The notes beneath the pieces were generated by a model. The model worked only from the letters and a program-made list of their open reading frames with translations. It searched no databases and was not told the origin of the DNA. Both the position numbers and the translations under genes were made by a program. Below are positions 54,801-64,000 of a DNA stretch of 64,000 nt, in pieces. Each line of letters starts with the position of its first letter. Position 1 is the stretch's first letter. This stretch comes from Antedon mediterranea (taxonomy: Eukaryota; Animalia; Echinodermata): NCBI RefSeq assembly GCF_964355755.1, contig NC_092675.1, positions 1,359,812-1,423,811 on the forward strand, in the 5' to 3' direction.

Positions 54801-57158
54801 GATAGTTGCGATTCCACGCAATATTAGAACCAAACTCTTGTCCTATTTCCCACTTCCATTTTTTATCTACGCTTCCATCTAATCCCGCCTCACGTGATAA
54901 TCCGATGACGTATACACCTGCTCCGCAAAAAACGTTAACGTAGTCAAGCACTAAATTCAGTTCATCATTGGTGAGAAAACTAACAAGATAACCACCAGAA
55001 GACTCGCAACCAGCCTTTGCGTCAGACCAGGTTGTTGCTGACTTCGTCACAATGTACCGTGACCATCTGTAGTCTAATTCACCATCTCCTTTGGAAGACA
55101 ATGAAAATAGAAACATTTGAAGAAACTACTATCATGAAACAGGATTGTCACTGTGGTGTATGTAAAAGCCCTACCTACGATGGTGGAACTCGAACCTAAC
55201 ATACAAACCTAATAGTAAAACTTGTTAAGTTTGCAACTTGTCTTTGGTAATTCAATATTACTATTAAATAACTAAGACAACAAACTGTCTGCCACTTTCA
55301 ATAAGCCTATCTTGAACGCATAACAGCAAAGACGAGATTTTTACTATAATCTCATGATACAAGTGACTTCAATTTCCATTATCGTTACTAATAAACAAAA
55401 TCAAAATACTTACATTACATTTTTCTACTTTGCCCTCTAACGGATTTGGACTGGCATTTAATTTAAGTTTAAATAATACCGTAATATCAACAAATAGAGA
55501 TATAATGTTTATAATGTTATAATGTTTGTGATTTTCTATATTGAAAGAAAACTTACTATATTCACATATATACCCATCTGAGTTTGAGTTCAAAGTAGTC
55601 TCTGCATCAATTTCCTTCAAAGCAATATCCGTAGTATCAATTCTGACGCCTGTTTTACTCGTTACGCTATTGTAAGGATCTAGAGGACTCCATGGAATAA
55701 TAGAAGAATCAAAATCCTGTCCTGTTTCCCATTTCCAGTTTGTATCTACGTCGTTATCTAATCCCGCCTGACGTGATAATCCGATAGCGTATACACCTTT
55801 TCCGTAAACGGTGTTAACGTAGTCGAGGACTGTTGTCAATTCATCATCGGTAAGAAAACTAAGAAGATAGCCATCAGAATGCACACAGTCAGTCTTTGCG
55901 TCAAACCACGTCATTGCTCGTTGATCATGTAACATCTTCACAGTGTACCGGGACCATTTGTAATTTAAATTACCTTTGGAGAAAAAAACATAAAACAAGA
56001 TAGCATTAACGCTGTAGTTAATGTTCTGGCAATATATAAACAATTACATTTATTGTGAAGGTTATTATAGATTAAATCATGGAGGAATTATGTAATTGTA
56101 ATTTTTTTATATTATATATTTCAAATTCAATATTACCTACCTTGTTGAAGAACAGTAGTACCTTATTAATTTATATTTTGTAATTGTTTATGAAAGATGA
56201 AAGAAAGAAAATAAATGTTTACGTTCAAGTAATACCTCCATGATCTACTTTTTTGGTAGACGAGTAATGATTACTCAATAAACTTACTCTTTTCACATAT
56301 ATAACCATCTATGTGTGACCTTAATTTATCCTCTGCATTATAGTCTTTCAACTTAACATCAGACGTACGAATTGCCACGCCAGCTATGTCACTTTTGTTA
56401 CTATTAGGCTCATCATGGTACCACCCAATATTAGAACCAAACGTTTGTCCTATTTCCCATTTCCAGTTTGCATCTACGTCTTTATCTAATCCCGCCTGAC
56501 GTGATAATCCGATGACGTATACCCCTTTTCCGTAAAACTCGTTAACATACTCGAGTACTGCAGTAACTTCACCACTGGTAAGAAGACTGACAAGATATCC
56601 ACCAGAAGACTTACAGTCAGCTTTTGCGTCAGACCAGGTCATTTCTGGTTTGTACTCCAACATCTTCACGGTGTACCGGGACCACTTGTACTGTAATTCA
56701 GCATCGCCTTTAGAAGACAATCAACCAAAATCAACGCTATCATTCTTGCTGTATTAGCAGTTACTTTCATAGCAATGATGATAATATTTGTAATATAAAA
56801 TATTCATAAACTCCTGGTTGAGATTTACCCTATCAAGTTTGATAATTAAATTTATATAAAATAAAAGTAATAATAGTTTTAAAGCTTCTTTCGTCTTCAA
56901 TTATAAATTTCAAATACTGCAAAGTAACATATGTTAAAGTGATTCACTTTAACAATGTTGGAAGTAACTGGTTCAATCTATCAAGATGCCTTAATTTGAA
57001 ATTGTTTGTTATAAAAGCCTAACATACATTCTAACGTTTTAATATTATTAATTGTTTTAAAATTTATAGAAATACAGTTATTATTAGGCCTACTTACTAA
57101 ATCCAATGATAAATTGTACAGAGAAGAAACATAGGTACTGGATCATTGAAAAAAACAT
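51831..57158 (-). CDS. Putative secreted multi-C-type-lectin/PAN protein, copy C (signal peptide + 6 CTLD + PAN-like; about 941 aa)
   Basis: Exons 57158-57098 (MFFSMIQYLCFFSVQFIIGF), 56707-56288, 55973-55557, 55088-54687, 54274-53864, 53412-52990, 52865-52452, 52108-51831; CTLD exon lengths are all multiples of 3, phase 1-1. Confidence 0.87.
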
Positions 57159-58942
57159 TGTTGATTAGTGAATGGAAATCGAAGTAAAGAACAAGTTATA
57201 TTGAACATCAAGAATTGCATCACGTGTGGTGTATTGATTTGGCATTAATGTTATAATTGGGAAATAACAACGTACACGAATCAACTACAGTTATCAATAA
57301 ATGAACAAAAGACAAGCAGAGTTTTCATTTACAATAAAAATAAATATTATTGTGTAGGACTATTTCCTCTGTAACGGAATTCGAATATTTTTCTTAACAA
57401 GGCCATATACATGGCTGCAGTCGCGTGCTCAAGCTAGTGTTTACCGGCCAACCGACCGATATAGTGAGCTGTAGAGTGTGCCGAGTCTGCCGATCTCAAA
57501 CGTTGAAATTATACCATGGAGGAACATGCTTATAACCCCTTGTTTGTTGTCTAATGCATTAAGTGTATCACATTCAAATAGTGCTACCCTATCTAGAAAG
57601 GACATGGCACATGCCAACCAATTAGCCTACACTACAAACACAGTACTTTCCTTTTTCAATCGCAATCAATTATGTATACAATGAGTAAAGCAGAAATATT
57701 CGTTATAATATCCAACAACAAAATCAATGACAATTATATAGTCATTTATAATTTTTATATGACTTTTTGCTTTTTATTCGATTCTCATATAAATACCATT
57801 TTATATTATACAAATAATGACTGTTTATGAGTGTAATGGTACAAATGGCTTGAGGTGAATGATGAAACGTTATATTTCAATGAGGCGAAGCTTCTTTTTT
57901 TTTAAACAGACCTTGCACTGATTCCTTATAACACGCATTTATACTTCAAAACATATTAGAAGCTTGGTTGAATTGTAATTTTAATAGAAGTTCGTTTTAA
58001 GAATTAGAAATGTAAATAGTAATACTATTTTGTTATTGATTGTGAAATAAACTGTATACTCAATTATTTACTATTCAAAAACATTTATTAATTTATACAA
58101 AAACATTAGCTTAATGTTTAAAAAAGTACACTACACTACACTACACTGTACAATAATTACATTACATTATCCACTGCTAATGGAAGTTAATTCAAAGTTA
58201 AATCAATTCAAATAATAGAAAAATTGATTTGGTGTGCAATGCAATACATTGTGTTTTTAATATATGGTTAGGCTGTAGTTTGGTCAGCGATGATTTGCTA
58301 CTGCTTAGGTCATCTACTTCTTCAGTCAATCATCCAATCACAATTTCTGCTCTCGGACTGACCAGTCAAGTAATATGTCCATAGTCGACTAGTCTCAGTG
58401 TCATGCTCTTTTTAAAAGTTAACCCAGACCATAGACAGCATAACGGCACAGCTAAGAAACTTTATTTGGGAATTCCATGAGATGACGGAAAGAGACATTG
58501 TACCCTTTATCATGTTGACGAATATCACCAGTCATATTCCTACAAAACGAGTATAGTTTTTGATCTATTTTGCACATTTTGCATTTGAATCAGGAATGAT
58601 TCATGATTATAATATAATTATAGATTTATTGAAAGTAATTTACTAAAGTAATTTACTAAAATGCTAGGTCAATTTTGATAAATAGCAGTTTTTAAAGTCC
58701 TCACTAACTTTGATTTTAAGCTAGCCTAGGCAGCCAAGCACCAACACGTACCACCTGCGCTTCGCTCAAATTTACCGCAGTCATATTTTGGACGACGGCC
58801 TCAATATTTCGTTGCCATGAGAAACAGATTTTTACTGGCTTACAAAAACAAATACATGTGCGCGACGTATCTGTTTTCGTTATCTTATTTATAAATTTGC
58901 GAAACCTCTCTAATGTCTTTCCATGCCCAAATAGTCACTTGT

Positions 58943-61900
58943 CTATGAATATGCTGCCACTAGGTTTTTGGCTTCAATATAGACATCTTCATTTTGTACA
59001 TGATACAGGATATCTACTAGAGTGTTCTCAACTGCTGATTGGTTCGCTGCATTTTGGATTGGTTCATACTCACAAACATCAGTTGGAAGAGGGTGCTTGA
59101 AATTTGGTCCAAAATTTGCCCGCACCTAAACAAATATACAGTAATTAGTTGGCTTAAAATACATTAATTTTGTAAACAGCTTTTACAGTATGACTAAATG
59201 GGTTTTATTGTTAAAATCCAAAGTAAGTACTATGACCTTTAACTGACTTCCACCAAGGCTTTAACCTTTAACCTTTGTGGGATGTAACCCACTTAATAGA
59301 TAGAAACATATTAATATAATGTAAATTGTGTTTCTATTTGTGTTGCATTTTTTTGGTGTCTCTTGTATAGGTGACCCTTCACAAGTTGTTTAATTTTTGG
59401 GTTTAGCCTTTCTTAACTCTCTTTTCTCTTAATAACTCTCTTTTCTCTTAACTCTCTTCTCTCTTAACTCTCTTTTCTCTTAACTCTCTTCTCTCTTAAT
59501 AACTCTCTTCTCTCTTCTCTCTTAACTCTCTTAACTCTCTTCTCTCTTAACTCTCTTAACTCTCTTCTCTATTAACTCTCTTCTCTCTTAACTCTCTTAA
59601 CTCTTAACTCTTAACTCTTAACTCTCTCTTCTCTCTTCTCTCTTAACTCTCTTCTCTCTTAACTCTCTTCTCTCTCTTTTCATTTTTTTATTCTACTGTA
59701 TAAAATAAATAAAAGAACTAAATGTAGTGATTGATTGAACACTAGAGGCGACCATCTCTGATAACTAAATGTAGTGATTGATTGAACACTAGAGGCGACC
59801 ATCTCTGATAACTAAATGTAGTGATTGATTGAACACTAGAGGCGACCATCTCTGATAACTAAATGTAGTGATTGATTGAACACTAGAGGCGACCATCTCT
59901 GATAACTAAATGTAGTGATTGATTGAACAATAGAGGCGACCATCTCTGATAACTAAATGTAGTGATTGATTGAACACTAGAGGCGACCATCTCTGATAAC
60001 TAAATGTAGTGATTGATTGAACACTAGAGGCAACCATCTCTGATAACTAAATGTAGTGATTGATTGAACACTAGAGGCGACCATCTCTGATAACTAAATG
60101 TAGTGATTGATTGAACACTAGAGGCAACCATCTCTGATAACTAAATGTAGTGATTGATTGAACACTAGAGGCGACCATCTCTGATAACTAAATGTAGTGA
60201 TTGATTGAACACTAGAGGCAACCATCTCTGATAACTAAATGTAGTGATTGATTGAACACTAGAGGCGACCATCTCTGATAACTAAATGTAGTGATTGATT
60301 GAACACTAGAGGCAACCATCTCTGATAACTAAATGTAGTGATTGATTGAACACTAGAGGCGACCATCTCTGATAACTAAATGTAGTGATTGATTGAACAC
60401 TAGAGGCGACCATCTCTGATAACTAAATGTAGTGATTGATTGAACACTAGAGGCAACCATCTCTGATAACTAAATGTAGTGATTGATTGAACACTAGAGG
60501 CGACCATCTCTGATAACTAAATGTAGTGATTGATTGAACACTAGAGGCGACCATCTCTGATAACTAAATGTAGTGATTGATTGAACACTAGAGGCGACCA
60601 TCTCTGATACGGGTCATTCCATGTCAAATCACCCAATGGGTTAAACCCTTCTTTCTTCAAATTTGCTCAAATTTGGTTTTTGGGTTATTTTTAGCTAAAA
60701 AACCTGAAATTTTTAATTTGAGCGCCATACGACCAACGGTTCGCGCGCTACGCGCCGTCGTTTCTTTGCGATTTTGCGCAAAATCGACGCGGCGGGCTAT
60801 ACTTAAATGACCGTATCTTCATAACGTGTGGACCGATTTTGTTTTGACAGGTATCTTTGGAAAGCTAATTGTTAAAGCTATCCAAATCTTCTATTTACTT
60901 TTGAGATAGAACTATTTAAAAGATGTATAACTTATTCTATTCCATTTGACCTAGGATTTGACCTTGTGGGACAAATTTTTTTTAGATGAAATTTTGTGAA
61001 AATTATCTCCTACATGATATTTACATAATATAAAAAAATTGGAGAAATATTATTTTTTGTTTGCTTTCTAGCTCATTTCAAAGTTGGCTTACTTCAACAA
61101 TTCTGGTATTTCTATACAGTGTAGATGTATTGTCGACATTATATCACTACCAAATTTACCTCTTAATAATACTATGGGTTTCACTGTCAGATTATTTAAG
61201 ACTATAACAATGCTTTAATTATATTTTCATGCTCCATACAAAATAATTATTACTTAGGTAAACATCTGTACACCATTTGACTACCCCATTTGGTTAGCCA
61301 AGGATGTACCATCAGTTTATGGCACTCTTTTCACACTTTTAAGCAAATTGAATCTTGAATTTTTTTTGTTTGATGATATAAACTTTGAAACATTGATTGT
61401 TCTTTGCTGTTAATCATTATTTTACATTTTTGTTCATTGTATTTTGTTTTGTATTTCTTCACTCATAATTAGGCTATAATTACAATATAAACGGCATGGA
61501 CCGGGGTGACGATACGTGGGTTGGGGCAAGTAGGGTCCAGTCATTTCAAGTAAAAATACCACTTGCCCCGGTCCATGCCGTCTAGCTGCCATTTTATGCA
61601 ATTTTAAAACATTACTACAATTTTAACATTTTTATAAAAAATGCAATATAACCACATGATTTATAAGGCTATAATTACGTTATAAACGGCATGGACCGGG
61701 GTGACGATACATTGGTTAGGGCAAGTAGTAGTAGTCAATGCATAAAATTACCACTTGCCCCAACCCATGTATCGTCACCCCGGTCCATGCCGTTTTATAA
61801 CGTAATTATAGCCCTATAAATTTATGTGGTTATATTGCATTTTTTTATAAAAATGTTAAAATTGTAGTTATGTTTTAAAATTGCATAAAATGGCAGCTAG

Positions 61901-63915
61901 ACGGCATGGACCTGGGCAAGTGGTATTTTTCTGAAATGAGTTTACCCTACTTGCCCTAACCCATGTATCATCACCCCGGTCCATGCCGTTTATAATGTAA
62001 TTATAGCCCTATATATCATGCATTTATATTGCATTTTTTATAAAAAAAATTTAAATTGTAGTAACGTTTTAAAATTGCATAAAATGGAAGCTAGACGGCA
62101 TGGACCAGGGCAAGTGGTATTTTTATGCAATAACTGGACCCTACTTGCCCCAACCCATGTATCGTCGCCCCAACCCATGTATCGTCTCCCCGGTCCATGC
62201 CGTTTTATAACGTAATTATAGCCCTATAAATTCATGCATTTATATTGCATTTTTTATAAAAATGTTAAAATTGTAGTAATGTTTTAAAATTGCATAAAAT
62301 GGCAGCTAGACGGCATGGACCGGGGCAATTTTTACTTGAAATGACTGGACCCTACTTGTCCCAACCCACGTAACGTCACCCCGGTCCATGCCGTTTATAA
62401 CGTAATTATAGCCTAATTATGAGTGAAGAAATAAGTGAACAAAATACAATGAACAAAAATGTAAAATAATGATTAACAGCAAAGAACAATCAATGTTTCA
62501 AAGTTTATATCATCAAACAACAAAAATTAAAGATTCAATTTGCTTGAAAGTGTGAAAAGAGTGCCATAAACTGATGGTACATCCTTGGCTAACCAAATGG
62601 GGTAGTCAAATGGTGTACAGATGTTTACCTAAGTAATAATTATTTTGTATGGAGCATGAAAATATAATTAAAGCATTGTTATAGTCTTAAATAATCTGAC
62701 AGTGAAACCCATAGTATTAAGAGGTAAATTTGGTAGTGATATAATGTCGACAATACATCTACACTGTATAGAAATACCAGAATTGTTGAAGTAAGCCAAC
62801 TTTGAAATGAGCTAGAAAGCAAACAAAAAATAATATATCTCCAATTTTTTTATATTATGTAAATATCATGTAGGAGATAATTTTCACAAAATTTCATCTA
62901 AAAAAAATTTGTCCCACAAGGTCAAATCCTAGGTCAAATGGAATAGAATAAGTTATACATCTTTTAAATAGTTCTATCTCAAAAGTAAATAGAAGATTTG
63001 GATAGCTTTAACAATTAGCTTTTCAAAGATACCTGTCAAAACAAAATCGGTCCACACGTTACGAAGATACGGTCATTTAAGTATAGCCCGCCGCGTCGAT
63101 TTTGCGCAAAATCGCAAAGAAACGACGGCGCGTAGCGCGCGAACCGTTGGTCGTATGGCGCTCAAATTAAAAATTTCAGGTTTTTTGGCTAAAAATAACC
63201 CAAAAACCAAATTTGAGCAAATTTGAAGAAAGTAGGGTTTAAAATGTCATTTTTTTTGGGTGATTTGGTATGGAATGACCCATAACTAAATGTAGTGATT
63301 GATTGAACACTAGAGGCGACCATCTCTGATAACTAAATGTAGTCATGGATTGAACACTAGAGGCGACCATCTCTGATAACTAAATGTAGTCATTGATTGA
63401 ACACTAGAGGCAACCATCTCTGATAACTAAATGTAGTGATTGATTGAACAATAGAGGCGACCATCTCTGATAATTAAATGTAGTGATTGATTGAACACTA
63501 GAGGCGACCATCTCTGATAATTAAATGTAGTGATTGATTGAACACTAGAGGCGACCATCTCTGATAACTAAATGTAGTCATTGATTGAACACTAGAGGCG
63601 ACCATCTCTGATAATTAAATGTAGTCATTGATTGAACACTAGAGGCGACCATCTTTGATAAATAAATGTAGTGATTGATTGAACACTAGAGGCGACCATC
63701 TCTGATAACTAAATGTAGTCATTGATTGAACACTAGAGGCGACCATCTCTGATAACTAAATGTAGTCATTGATTGAACACTAGAGGCAACCATCTCTGAT
63801 AACTTTGTATACTTACAACAGCATTCTTATAAAGTGAAATAGATGGGTAATACGTCCCTTCATATACATCTTCATATGCAACTCCTTGACATACGCCATT
63901 TTTATAGAAAATTAC
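58943..63915 (-). CDS. ASH2L: Set1/MLL complex subunit ASH2-like, last two coding exons (gene continues beyond the window)
   Basis: Exon 63915-63817 [33 protein letters not shown] joins exon 59125-58943 [12 protein letters not shown]...[13 protein letters not shown]; matches the end of the ASH2L SPRY domain and the DPY30-binding helix. Confidence 0.92.
59412..59680. repeat. Pyrimidine-rich simple repeat (CTCTT / AACTCTCTT)n
   Basis: Directly visible. Confidence 0.9.
59716..60609. repeat. 47-bp minisatellite, left block (19 copies)
   Basis: Unit AACTAAATGTAGTGATTGATTGAACACTAGAGGC(G/A)ACCATCTCTGAT. Confidence 0.97.
60610..63282. mobile_element. Non-autonomous foldback DNA transposon, about 1.1-kb inverted arms, TA target duplication
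   Basis: Ends GGGTCATTCCAT ... ATGGAATGACCC; 60640-61730 is the near-perfect reverse complement of the right arm; TA at 60608-60609 and 63283-63284 restores the satellite unit. Confidence 0.93.
63284..63803. repeat. 47-bp minisatellite, right block (11 copies)
   Basis: Same unit, resumes in register after the insertion and ends about 13 nt from the ASH2L donor site. Confidence 0.97.
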
Positions 63916-64000
63916 CTGAGAAAAATATAGATTTTTAATTTAAACATTGTATAGCCGTATAACTAATTTTGATATAAGTTCGCGGTACACCACGTATGTT

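Noticed and set aside
39366-57158. Diversity-generating retroelement acting on the lectin domains
   Set aside because: No intact reverse transcriptase or template repeat in the window, and the differences do not look adenine-specific.
59716-63803. 47-bp repeat as a CRISPR array
   Set aside because: Units are contiguous with no spacers, and no cas genes are present.

Overview
AT-rich, intron-rich animal (invertebrate-type) genomic DNA, not prokaryotic. Genes I could splice by hand: TPMT-like methyltransferase (+, 11660-16026), EIPR1/TSSC1 (-, 20021-24385), UCKL1 (-, 26330-33799, with a 17-nt microexon) and the 3' end of ASH2L (-, 58943 to beyond 63915). Between UCKL1 and ASH2L is the most unusual part: three tandem genes for putative secreted proteins (signal peptide + 4, 4 or 6 atypical C-type lectin domains + PAN/apple-like domain). 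Each of the 14 lectin domains is one symmetric phase-1 exon with a near-invariant framework and a highly variable ligand loop. The cluster shows a patchwork gene-conversion signature, and one copy has two disabled exons. The last ASH2L intron holds a 47-bp minisatellite split by a 2.67-kb foldback element with a TA target duplication. MITEs, SINEs and simple repeats are scattered throughout. I could not support a gene call in 1-11.5 kb. Gene names come from remembered family motifs, not database searches.
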